64,000 nt of DNA from an uncultured Armatimonadia bacterium (GTDB taxonomy: Bacteria > Armatimonadota > Zipacnadia > CAVVLO01). The stretch covers positions 1,248,001 to 1,312,000 of the forward strand of contig CAVVLO010000002.1 in NCBI GenBank assembly GCA_963749155.1, in the 5' to 3' direction. This document shows, piece by piece, positions 12,662 through 22,500 of the stretch (position 1 is the stretch's first letter; each line of letters starts with the position of its first letter). The position numbers and the translations under genes were made by a program. Below the pieces are notes generated by a model. The model saw only the letters and a program-made list of their open reading frames with translations, had not been told where the DNA came from and ran no database searches.

Positions 12662-14382
12662 TACGACTTATTCTGGCTCTGACCCTGATAACTGTAATGC
12701 TTGCGCTGGTGTTGGTCCCTGCCTCTGCTGCGCCAGTCTATAGCAGCATCACCGAGATCACCTCAAGAGAGCTTTCTAATGGGGTGCAGATCACCATCAA
12801 GGCCGACGGGGTAATCGAGTGGCATGTCCCTCGCCGGTTTAACAGCACCACGCCTACCAGCAGGCTGGAGGTACACTTTCCCGCTTCGCTCAACAGCAGT
12901 GGGGAAAGCACCTTCTATATAAACAAATATCCTGTCAGCCTGGCCCAACTGCAGATTGCACCCGATGCCAAGGAAGGGGTGGGGGTCGAGTTATACATAA
13001 CAATGATAGAGCCCTCTACCTTCTCAGTTTCGCAAAGCGATGATATGACCAGTGTCGTCATCACCATCAATAGCGACCGCACCCTGGCAGCAGGCGCTGG
13101 CGGCAAAGGGGCAGGAGGCGAAGCCGAGAGCCAGCTTTTTGTTGAAGCCGATGATATGGGCCTCCTGACTGTGAACGCACAGAAGGCCAGCTTCCCCAAG
13201 CTTATTCGTATGGTCGGCGAAAAAACTGGCCTGGATATCGTGGTAAACGATGCCGCCTCCCTTGCCAACCTGACGCTCTCTATCAACCTTACTGGCGCCA
13301 AACCTGAAGAGGCCTTCCAGGCTATTGCTTCTGCCACTGGACTTGCGCTTTCCAAGCAGGGCGATGAGATACCCATCTATATGTTTAGCCAGGGCATCCC
13401 GGTTGATCTGGCTTCCTACCGGCTCTCTGCCACCGAGTCCTTCTCCATGGACCAGATCCTTGCCTCCGATGCTCCCAAGATGCTGCCCAACTTCCTGTTG
13501 CAGTATCTTCACGTGAACAATGCGCAGAATGCCGTCGTTGTTACTGCGCCTGATCAGATGCTTGAAAAGATTGGCGCTGACCTGGACAAAGTGGATATTG
13601 GCCCGCCGGTCATTATGGTTGAGGCTCTGGTCGTGGAGTTCAAGGACACCGAAGACAAAGATAGTTTTATGTCGATGGTCTACCGCAGTGGTGAGCGTCA
13701 ATTTATCACCAGACCTGACCAGGGGCTCTCCTATTACACCGACATTGGCTCTTTGCCAAGCAACTTCCAGGCCTCTCTTAAGGCACTGGAAAACAGCAGT
13801 ACTGCTCGAGTCGTGGCCAACCCGAGGATGTCCTGCCTCAACGGCCGGTATGCCACTGTCTTCATAGGGAAGATCCGCTTCATCAACGTAGAGTTCCTTT
13901 CTTATGGCACGCTGGTCAAGTTGATTCAAGGTGTCAACGTCGGCGTCAGCTTGACTATCGCTCCCTGGACGGGCGGTAATGGCGAGATCACAACCCTTAT
14001 CGTGCCTCAGGTCAGCAACATCGCCGAGTTGGACCGAGAATCCGGCCTGCCTACCCTTAGCACCCGGCAAGTATCGACTACAGTGCGCGTGAAGGATGGC
14101 CAGACGATAATTATCGGTGGCCTGAAGCAGACTCAGGTTTTCGAGCGCGAATCCAAACTCCCGATTCTGGGCGACCTGCCGCTCATTGGCGATCTGTTCA
14201 CGCGCAAAAGCAAGAACAGCGTAGACTCCGAGCTTGTAATCTTCATCACGCCCCATATCCTCAATCCGGAAACTTGCCAGCTCGAAGGCGATGAGCGCGA
14301 GCAGCGCTGGCGCGAAGAATTCCTGGGCGCCGAGGGAGTCAGTTGTGAGGTTCCACTGCCTTCTCTGACTTCTCCCAACTAG
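12658..14382 (+). CDS. Secretin family protein 3 (extra N-terminal AMIN-like region)
   Basis: Motif VRVKDGQTIIIGGL...KLPILGDLPLIGDLF...ELVIFITP; ATGA overlap with the previous gene. Confidence 0.9.
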   Translation: MIRLILALTLITVMLALVLVPASAAPVYSSITEITSRELSNGVQITIKADGVIEWHVPRRFNSTTPTSRLEVHFPASLNSSGESTFYINKYPVSLAQLQIAPDAKEGVGVELYITMIEPSTFSVSQSDDMTSVVITINSDRTLAAGAGGKGAGGEAESQLFVEADDMGLLTVNAQKASFPKLIRMVGEKTGLDIVVNDAASLANLTLSINLTGAKPEEAFQAIASATGLALSKQGDEIPIYMFSQGIPVDLASYRLSATESFSMDQILASDAPKMLPNFLLQYLHVNNAQNAVVVTAPDQMLEKIGADLDKVDIGPPVIMVEALVVEFKDTEDKDSFMSMVYRSGERQFITRPDQGLSYYTDIGSLPSNFQASLKALENSSTARVVANPRMSCLNGRYATVFIGKIRFINVEFLSYGTLVKLIQGVNVGVSLTIAPWTGGNGEITTLIVPQVSNIAELDRESGLPTLSTRQVSTTVRVKDGQTIIIGGLKQTQVFERESKLPILGDLPLIGDLFTRKSKNSVDSELVIFITPHILNPETCQLEGDEREQRWREEFLGAEGVSCEVPLPSLTSPN

Positions 14383-14407
14383 CTTCAACGGCTAGTTTAA
14401 AAACCAG

Positions 14408-14432
14408 AAAGGAGCCCTTCGGGGCTCCTTTT
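14408..14432 (+). terminator. Rho-independent terminator
   Basis: AAAGGAGCCC-TTCG-GGGCTCCTTTT. Confidence 0.85.
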
Positions 14433-14511
14433 CGTTTGCAGGCTAGTAGGTGCTTCCAGCTTCCTCCCGAACTACAAACCCACTCGCCAGCCAGGCGCAG
14501 GAGGTAACTGG

Positions 14512-15795
14512 ATGGAATCACTGTTGCTAGTTTTGCTAATGGTATTGTTGCTTGCTCTTTGTGTCAGCTCTGTTGGGGCTGAGGCCGTCTTCCCGATTGC
14601 CGATTTCGGCGCCGCCGCGGATGCAACTACCGACGACACCGCTGCCATACAAGCAGCCCTCGATGCCGCCTCGCAAGCGGGAGGAGGCATCGTCCAACTC
14701 GACAACAAGCAGTACCTCGTGGCAGGCAGCCTCACCCTCCCTCGCGGCGTTACGCTGCAGGGCCTGTGGGAGATGCCCCACCATGCCGCCCTCGAGTTCG
14801 GCACCACCATCTACGCCACCGGTGGCAAGGGCCAGGCTGACGGCACCCCGCTCATCAATCTGATGCCGGATTCGGCCGTGAAGGGGATGACCTTCTTTTA
14901 CCCCGAGCAGCAGCTTTCGGACATCCAGCCCTACCCCTGGACCATCCAGGGCCGCGGGATGCACTCCAGCGTAATTGACGTAACGCTTGTCAACTCATAT
15001 CAGGGTATCGACTTCGGTACCCACGGGCATGAGCTGCACTATATCCGCAACGTCTTCGGCTGCCCCCTCAAAATCGGTGTCTATATAGACAAGTGTACCG
15101 ATATCGGCCGGGTGGAGAACGTCCACTTCAATCCCCACTATTGGCTCAGGTCCAGCGACCCCCAGCTTGCTGCCTTCGCGGACCAGGGCTGGGCAACCTT
15201 GAGAGAGTATCTCTTCGATAACCTGACCGCCTTCCTCATCGGGCGCTCTGACTGGGAATATATCTTCAATACCTTCAGCTTCGGCGCGCATATCGGCTAT
15301 CACTTCATCGAGACACCCTCTGGCGCGACCAACGGCAACTTCCTGGGAATCGCTTCCGACTGGGCCTGGACCAGCGTCAAGGTCGACGCCACCCAGGAGC
15401 CTGGCCTGCTCATCACCAACGGTCAGTTCGTCGGTGGCACAGGCTCTGGCAAGGTCATCGACATCACCGACGGAGTGGTGCAGCTCTCGAACTGCGCCTT
15501 CTGGGGTCCTCAGGATGTTATCGTTTCGATAACTGGTCGTTCTTTCGCCAGCTTCAGCCAGTGCAATTTCTGCCACTGGGATCAGTCCAAACAGGGCGTG
15601 CCTGCTATAGACGCCAAGGGCGGCACGCTGCTTATGCAGAGCTGCCGGTTCGGTCAGGACAAGCTTTCGATCCGGCTCGGGCCGGATGTCGCGGCGGCCA
15701 GCCTCATCGCCAACGGTTTCCGCAAGAAAGTGACCATCGAGAACAACAGCACAGGCCAGGTTGAGCTGGTCGGCAACCTGCCAGTGCCGTATTAA
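14512..15795 (+). CDS. Secreted right-handed beta-helix protein (pectate lyase 3 / GH28-related)
   Basis: Signal peptide, then DFGAAADATTDDTAAIQAALDAASQAGGGIV, the typical start of this fold. Confidence 0.8.
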   Translation: MESLLLVLLMVLLLALCVSSVGAEAVFPIADFGAAADATTDDTAAIQAALDAASQAGGGIVQLDNKQYLVAGSLTLPRGVTLQGLWEMPHHAALEFGTTIYATGGKGQADGTPLINLMPDSAVKGMTFFYPEQQLSDIQPYPWTIQGRGMHSSVIDVTLVNSYQGIDFGTHGHELHYIRNVFGCPLKIGVYIDKCTDIGRVENVHFNPHYWLRSSDPQLAAFADQGWATLREYLFDNLTAFLIGRSDWEYIFNTFSFGAHIGYHFIETPSGATNGNFLGIASDWAWTSVKVDATQEPGLLITNGQFVGGTGSGKVIDITDGVVQLSNCAFWGPQDVIVSITGRSFASFSQCNFCHWDQSKQGVPAIDAKGGTLLMQSCRFGQDKLSIRLGPDVAAASLIANGFRKKVTIENNSTGQVELVGNLPVPY

Positions 15796-15813
15796 CCTGC
15801 CAGGCCAAACCAG

Positions 15814-15849
15814 AAAAAAGAGCCGGCGCGCGTAGCGCCGGCTCTTTTC
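15814..15849. terminator. Bidirectional terminator
   Basis: AAAAAAGAGCCGGCGC-GCGTA-GCGCCGGCTCTTTT between convergent genes. Confidence 0.85.
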
Positions 15850-15875
15850 TTGCCCAACCAGTTTGTTTTGGCTTG

Positions 15876-17141
15876 CTACTTAAGATCGGTCAAATCTAGC
15901 GGCCTGTGTTCTTCTTGCAGTTTTGCTTCAGCGACTAGTCGCAGCCTGCCCGCATAACTTTGCCATTCGCCGTCGGTATCCAGGCGGATCAGCCAGGCCA
16001 GCAATCTAAGCGTGCGTTCAGGCTCCTCTTGCTTGCAGGCAAGTTCTGCCGCCCGGAGCAGTGCCTGTAAAGCCATCGAATCACTCGGCCAGAGCGCAAC
16101 AAACAGCTCAAATACGCGGCTTGCGACCTTGTCATGCTCGATTGCGTCCAGCTTCCGCGCCTGCTTCAGCACCGTCATCGAATCCAGGCGACTTGCGCTG
16201 GCCTGGGCGATAAGCCCTTCCACAAGCCCTGAGGCTTCTTCATCGCGTCCAGCAAGCGCAAGCCCTTCGACTGCGGCCAGCTTGTAGGGGGCTGCATCCT
16301 CCGCCTGGTGGGTCTGCTCCATTGCATCGGCGACCATCAGGTTGGCGTCAGGATTGGTCGGCGCCCAGCGTAGCAACGATTTGCCTGCCGCTTTGACCCC
16401 ATGCCAGTTGCCATTTTCGGCGTATTCACGAGCCTGGTCGAAATAATTCTCTTCCAGCGCCGAGGTATTCATCTTCAAGCCGAAAGAAGCTGCCATACCG
16501 AAAGCGAATCCGCCGATATGCGCCCAATAGGCGACGTCCGCAATAGAGGTATGTAGTTCGGTTTCCGCCATCCCCCACATATAGGCCAGCAGCAATTGGA
16601 GAGCAAACCAAAGCCCCAGCACTAGCCAGCCAGTTACAGGATAGACCTGACAGATTATGCGGTATCGGTACATCCAGCCCCAGACGACGAAGACGAACAC
16701 ATTGACCGGTACGAAGTAATACCGCACCGCGAAAAGGCCAAGTATGCCCGCGATGGCCCCGGAGGAACCAACACCCCCTCTTGCCGCCTCGCCCTGGGTA
16801 ATCCAGTGCTCATAGCCGAACTGCGCTCCGATTGCTACCAGCCCAGCGCACAGGTACAACACCAAAAAATTGAAGGGCCCCAGATCGTCCTCGACATGCG
16901 GTCCGAACACCCACAGGAAAAGCATATTCCCAACCAGATGGAAGAGCCCCGCATGGGTAAACATATGGGTCAGTACCTGGCCCCAGGCGAAGTTGTCAGG
17001 CTGGAAGGCCAGCTTGTCCAGTGCCTCTTCATATCCCAGCACCAGGCACAGGATATAGACGATGCCATTGGCTCCGATCAGGCAGTAGGTCGCCCAGGGG
17101 AAATACTGCCCCTTGCGCCAGGTGCCAATCGGTATAATCAT
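15876..17141 (-). CDS. Rhomboid intramembrane serine protease with C-terminal TPR-like domain
   Basis: Motifs HAGLFHLVGNMLFLWVFG, GSSG and AYWAHIGGF; soluble helical tail. Confidence 0.9.
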   Translation of the reverse strand: MIIPIGTWRKGQYFPWATYCLIGANGIVYILCLVLGYEEALDKLAFQPDNFAWGQVLTHMFTHAGLFHLVGNMLFLWVFGPHVEDDLGPFNFLVLYLCAGLVAIGAQFGYEHWITQGEAARGGVGSSGAIAGILGLFAVRYYFVPVNVFVFVVWGWMYRYRIICQVYPVTGWLVLGLWFALQLLLAYMWGMAETELHTSIADVAYWAHIGGFAFGMAASFGLKMNTSALEENYFDQAREYAENGNWHGVKAAGKSLLRWAPTNPDANLMVADAMEQTHQAEDAAPYKLAAVEGLALAGRDEEASGLVEGLIAQASASRLDSMTVLKQARKLDAIEHDKVASRVFELFVALWPSDSMALQALLRAAELACKQEEPERTLRLLAWLIRLDTDGEWQSYAGRLRLVAEAKLQEEHRPLDLTDLK

Positions 17142-17156
17142 TGGGTTGTCACCCTC

Positions 17157-17861
17157 CTACTGGACGCGAGTATATCTGAAGGGCCGGCCCCGTTTTGACC
17201 CTTTGACCGAGCGCGCTATCAGCCAGCCGCAACCAAAGCCCGCCACGTGAGCCAGCCAGGCCACTCCTGCTCCCTCAATTGTGCCCATCCCCCAAAGCGA
17301 TTGGAGGAGCTGCAAAACGAACCAGTATCCAAGGTACACCGTCGCCGGTAGTTCCAGGATGAAAGGCCAGAAGAACAGGAAGAAGACGGTTAGTATGCGC
17401 GCGTAGGGGAAGAACACCAGATAAGCGCCAAGCACCCCTGCTATCGCTCCGCTTGCGCCTACAATCGGTGTCGTTGTATCTCCAGCGAGCGCTCCAAAGG
17501 CGCTTTGCGCAAGCGCGCCTGCCACCCCGCAGCCAAGGTAGAAGACCAAAAATCTGGGCTTGCCGAGAGAGTCCTCGACATTATCGCCGAACACCCAGAG
17601 AAACCACATATTGCCGATAAGGTGCAGCCAGCCCCCATGCACGAACATATGTGTGATGAGCGGCGCCAGCCCCCACAAATCCACCAGGGAGTGACTTGTG
17701 AACACATCGGCAGGCACAAGTCCCCATCGGCGAGCGAAGGCCTCGAGGATTGGCAGGGGCATCGCTGCCTCGGATAAAAATACGACTGCCGAGGTCAGTA
17801 TCAATGCGAAGACGACAAGAGGTTTCTTGCGAGAGGGCACATCGTCGCTTATTGGGAACAC
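17157..17861 (-). CDS. Rhomboid intramembrane serine protease
   Basis: Motifs HGGWLHLIGNMWFLWVFGDNVED, GASG and AWLAHVAGF. Confidence 0.93.
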   Translation of the reverse strand: MFPISDDVPSRKKPLVVFALILTSAVVFLSEAAMPLPILEAFARRWGLVPADVFTSHSLVDLWGLAPLITHMFVHGGWLHLIGNMWFLWVFGDNVEDSLGKPRFLVFYLGCGVAGALAQSAFGALAGDTTTPIVGASGAIAGVLGAYLVFFPYARILTVFFLFFWPFILELPATVYLGYWFVLQLLQSLWGMGTIEGAGVAWLAHVAGFGCGWLIARSVKGSKRGRPFRYTRVQ

Positions 17862-17876
17862 GGCTGGCCGCCTCCC

Positions 17877-18650
17877 TCAGACTCGAGGCACATCAGGGGC
17901 GAAATGGTCCTGGAAGGACCAGAGCCATTTCTGCATCAGACCTGGAGACTGCGGATGCATCGCTCGCCGCGAGGCGGCCTGGGCTTCCTGCACTCTGCCC
18001 AGATGGGCCAGCGCCTGGGCCAGATGCTGTTGCACATCGGGAGAGTCAGGGCTGCGCCTGGCTGCCCATTCGAGATAAGGCACAGCCTCGGCTAGTCGCT
18101 TGCTCTTGAATAACGCCCAGCCGTAGCTGTCTACAATATAAGGCGAGGCAGGTTCGAGCTCCATTGCATGTTGAAGAGAAGCAAGCGCCAAATCCAGGTC
18201 CTCTTCCAGCTCGACCAGCATATAGCCTGCATCGTTCAGCACCTGGGGATCATCGGGAAAGCGCACAAGCAGTTCTTTGTAATACTGAAGGCTTTCTTCA
18301 CTAGCACCCTGACTGCTGAGCGCCCAGGCATAAGCCAGGGGAGCGCGAGCCCCTGTATCAAGTTCGGCGGCTTTGCGCAGATATTCGAGGCCTTGTTCAG
18401 CCTCTCCGACGCCTAGCATCAACTGACCGGCCCGGCTCCAGACGCTTACTTCATCAGGACGCATTTTTATGGATTGTTCTGCAAGAGCTACAACCTGCAA
18501 GCTGTTGCCTTCCACGCCAGCCTTGTAGGCGCGCGCAAGCAATCGTTCGGAGGCAATAAGGCCAACGAAGTCGGTCCTGAGGGCCGGTGATATCATTATC
18601 ACCGCGTACAGCCCAACCAGAAGCAGTATTGGAATCCAGTATCCTCTCAT
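17877..18650 (-). CDS. Membrane-anchored TPR protein
   Basis: Likely start MRGYWIPILLL (TM or signal). TPR patterns PDDPQVLNDAGY and SPYIVDSYGWALF. Confidence 0.8.
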   Translation of the reverse strand: MRGYWIPILLLVGLYAVIMISPALRTDFVGLIASERLLARAYKAGVEGNSLQVVALAEQSIKMRPDEVSVWSRAGQLMLGVGEAEQGLEYLRKAAELDTGARAPLAYAWALSSQGASEESLQYYKELLVRFPDDPQVLNDAGYMLVELEEDLDLALASLQHAMELEPASPYIVDSYGWALFKSKRLAEAVPYLEWAARRSPDSPDVQQHLAQALAHLGRVQEAQAASRRAMHPQSPGLMQKWLWSFQDHFAPDVPRV

Positions 18651-18652
18651 AA

Positions 18653-19588
18653 TCACACAGGCCAGATGCGCAGATAATTCCAGGCGATAAGGGCACAAGC
18701 CGCCCAGGCCCAGTGAGCCGCCACCAGTTCCAGGTAGGCGCCTCGCCTCAGCCAGGCATAGGATAGCACAAACCCCGCAAGTGAGGCGGCCACAATATGG
18801 ATGCCCGAGGTGCTCATAAGGCCGAAGAACAGCCCCGCTACCAGGGCCACAAGCCAGGTGGGCCTGAAGCCTTTGGCTCCTTTTAACACCAACACCCGGT
18901 AGTAAAGCTCCTGCGAAGGAGCGATAATCACAGCCAGCAAGAGGAGCGCAGGCCAAAGCTGGCCGGAGGTTCTCACAATACCAGCCAGTGCCCACGGTCC
19001 GCGATTGTCGGAGACCATACTGAGCATCAGGTGGTAATCCACAGCCAGCAACCTGGCCAAAATCCAGGTTGCGCCAATATGCGCTCCCCAGCAGACAATC
19101 CAGAGCGCTAGTCCTAATACAAGGCCCACTCCAAGCTGTGCCAGCCAGTGACCAGAAGAGGTGACTGCTTGCACCTGGGCTTCTGCAGACTCTTCGTGCA
19201 GCTTTTTTCTTGAGCGCGGTTGCCAGCTCTCGACCAGCAAGCCCAGCCCATACGCAGCCACGGTTACAAGCTTGACCAGAGAAGTAGCCTCGCCGATTGT
19301 GCCCGAAGAATAAGCTCTGAACAGTCCCCCTGCTGCCAGCGCCGCAATATTTGCCAGGAGGAGAGGTCGGAACAACCGCCAGAAGGCGCTGAAGAAGCGT
19401 GAAGCCCGGCCCGAGCTTTCATGCGGGGCCGGATGGGGAAGGAACCACCACTGATACAGCCATATAACTAGCCCAATCAACACCACAAGCCGGCCGAAAA
19501 CCAGCAGGCTATAAAAACTCGCAACAAAAAGCGAGTCGGCGAAGGCCATCACATAAAGCTTGATCGCTTCCAGGGCACTGCCCAGCAC
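18653..19588 (-). CDS. CPBP/CAAX (Abi)-like intramembrane metalloprotease homolog with degenerate motifs
   Basis: Multi-TM protein. APSQELYYR replaces the canonical EExxxR; FFGLMS replaces FxxxH; the final motif is AAHWAW. Confidence 0.65.
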   Translation of the reverse strand: MLGSALEAIKLYVMAFADSLFVASFYSLLVFGRLVVLIGLVIWLYQWWFLPHPAPHESSGRASRFFSAFWRLFRPLLLANIAALAAGGLFRAYSSGTIGEATSLVKLVTVAAYGLGLLVESWQPRSRKKLHEESAEAQVQAVTSSGHWLAQLGVGLVLGLALWIVCWGAHIGATWILARLLAVDYHLMLSMVSDNRGPWALAGIVRTSGQLWPALLLLAVIIAPSQELYYRVLVLKGAKGFRPTWLVALVAGLFFGLMSTSGIHIVAASLAGFVLSYAWLRRGAYLELVAAHWAWAACALIAWNYLRIWPV

Positions 19589-19593
19589 AGGCG

Positions 19594-22500
19594 CTAATCC
19601 TCTTCCTGGCCGGCAAAGGCCGTGAGATCGTAATACCTCGACGGCACGTAGATATGATCTTCGCCAATGGCCGCGGACTGCTGGATGCCATAGGCGGTAT
19701 CAAAAAGGGTGACCTGTTCTCCATCCTCCAGTTTGAAGGCGTAGAAAGAGCCATTCATCGCGCCCACATAGGCCCAGCCTTCGGAGAGGGCTGGCGAGGC
19801 CAGTATCTCATCGCCTACTTCCTGGCTCCAGAGGGTCTCACCAGTCCCGGCGTCAAGCGCCATAACTTCGCCCTTGCCTGTTGCCACCAGCAACTGGCCT
19901 GCTGTGTAACAGGGAGAAGCCCTGAGCGCTGAGCCCAGTTGCCTTTCCCATATAACTTCGCCACTTCCCGAAGCCAGACAGTACAGCCCTCCATCATCCG
20001 AGCCTGTATAAATCAGGTCGTCTACCACAGCTGCTGCACTGTATATTTCCGAGCCTGCCCGGAAACGCCAGCGCAACTCGCCTGTCTCGAGAGCGATCGC
20101 ATAAAGATGCTGATCCCAGGAGCCGATATAACAGGTATCACCCTGCAGGACAGGCTGAGCCAGCAGGCGACTGCCTGCCGAGAACTGCCAGGTTGGCTCT
20201 CCTGTAGCGAGGTTGATACAGTGCAGCGTGCCCTGCCAGTCGGGAAGCAACAAGCGACCGGAATGCGCAAGCAAGGGAGCGCGCAGCTCGCGCTTGAGAT
20301 CCAGCACGCGCTTCGAATCTCCGTCGTTTACCTCGAAACGGAAGACTTCGCCTTCCTGGCTTGCGAAATAATAATACCCTTCAGAGTACGTGCCGGTGGC
20401 AGCCAGGGTTTGGCCAGCTTTGGCTTCCCAAACCTTGGCGCCAGTCTGGGCATCGCATGCCAGTACCTGTCCACTGGCGCAACCGATAACTACAAGGCCC
20501 TCTGCCACTAGTGGATCGGTGATGACCATTGCTGGCGCGTTGAAGATCCAGCTCTGCTCAAGAGGCGCTGTTAGCTTTGATGGCAGCGCGCCATGCCCAC
20601 GCGGTCCACCCCGGGAAGCAACCCAGAAGGTCTCCTGCAGCAGTTCTTCAGTTTCCGGTGGGGTAAGCGCAAGCTGATACGAAAGCCGGAACTCCTCAAG
20701 CTGTTCGAGTGTGGGCAACACTCTGAGCGCCGCCTGCAGATGTTCGCGCGCTGCCGTATATTGTTTTTGGTCTACCCGCAGCAGGCCCAGCACAAGCTGG
20801 ATTGCGCCCTCTGACTTGGTGTCTTTTGCTTTTTGAAGCGCCTCAATCAACTTGTGACGCGCGCTGGCTCTGGCCATTCTTATCGCCAGAGCGAGTTGCT
20901 CAGAGGCGCTTGCCTTTTGCAATTCCTGTACCAGTTGGTCGGCAGCTTTTTCGCCGAGGATCCGTTCGTAGGCTCGCAGCAACTTGCGATGAGTAGGCTC
21001 GAGCTCGGTGCGCTTGAGAGCTTTGATAATATCAGTTGCCGCAGTTTTATCTTGCAGCCTGGCCAGCGCGTCTGCCGCCCGAGCTACCGTCTCTTCGTCG
21101 GTCTCCTCGAGCAACTTGTGTAACTGGGGCAACTGCTCCTTAAGTGAAGCTAACACTTCCTCTTCACTTGGCCCGCCGCGCTCCGTCAGCTCTGAGAGCA
21201 AGAGTCTTAGTGTCCGTGGAGATTTCGACTCCTTGAGGGCTCCGGCCAGACGCACCCGAGTTGCTTCCGATGCCTTGGGAAGCATCTCTTCCAAAATTGC
21301 CCCGCCTCTGTCTCCTAGTTCCAGCGCCTTTTGCGCCCAATAACGCACCGCGACGCCTGTTGTCATTGAGCTGCGCACCAGCAGTTCAAGCTGATCTGGC
21401 TCAAACTCCAGCTCGCGCCGATGCCTGTGGATAACCGCGACAGAGTCTGCAGACATCAGGCTGTTGTAACGCTGCCAGTCTCGCTCTGACCGCACCAACA
21501 AGTCACGCAACTGCTTGGCGAGGATCTCTTCAGGTGACAGAGACTTGTAGATATCATCTACAATCCGTTCATGGGTCAACTCGTAGCGGCGTTCCTGCGG
21601 ATTGCCTACCCGGCGCACCAGCCCGGCATCGTGCAGATGAAGCAGCACGCGTTCCATCTGGTCTGCTTTGGCTCTCGCTTCCAGTTGCAGGCGCTCGAAG
21701 GTAATGCCAATGGTGGTGTTGAAGCTGCCAGCAAGCGCCTTCAACACTGCGATCCCGAGTCGCCGTTCATTGCCTTTCAGCTTCTTTAACGACTCGTCCA
21801 GATATTGCCCAACAATACGTTCGGCGCCTCCGAGCTTCTGGTACATCGCCCGGGTCGCCAGTTCTTGTTTGTTTTCAAGTTCTTGAAAAAGTTTTCCGCA
21901 GACAATTTGCAGTTTGGGCGGATCGACACCCTCGCCAGACACATCTACGATTATCTGTTCTACCAGGTCTGCTTCAAAACCGATGCCAAAACGTCCCGCC
22001 GGCTTCGTAATCGCTGACCTGGCCCCATCAAAACTGAGGAAAGGCAGCCTGTAGATATGCTCGAACACTTGGGGCAGATGGTTGCGCGCCTCGTCCAGCC
22101 GGGCCATAAAACGCTCTCGGAACATAAGCACTAGCGTGATATTGGCTTCTTCAGCCTTAACTAGCTGCTCGAACTCCGCATTCAGCCAGTCACGCGAGGC
22201 CGGCCCCAGCCTTAACATCACATGTTCATACTGGTCGAAAAACACTATGCAGCGTTTATCCACCTGTTTGGCAGCCGCCAGCACCATCTCGGCGATGGAT
22301 TCGGACGGCTCGGGTTCGAAGCCCAAATCTTCCCGGATTGCGCGCGCAAAAGCCTCCAGCAGATTTTCCTCATATCTGACATAGAGATAGGGCTGTTCGT
22401 CCTCGATGAACTTCGGCAACAGGCCGGCTTTCACGAAACTGGTCTTGCCCGCTCCGCCACGGCCGATAAGCAGCCAAAGGCGCTTCTCCTCATCGGCGAG

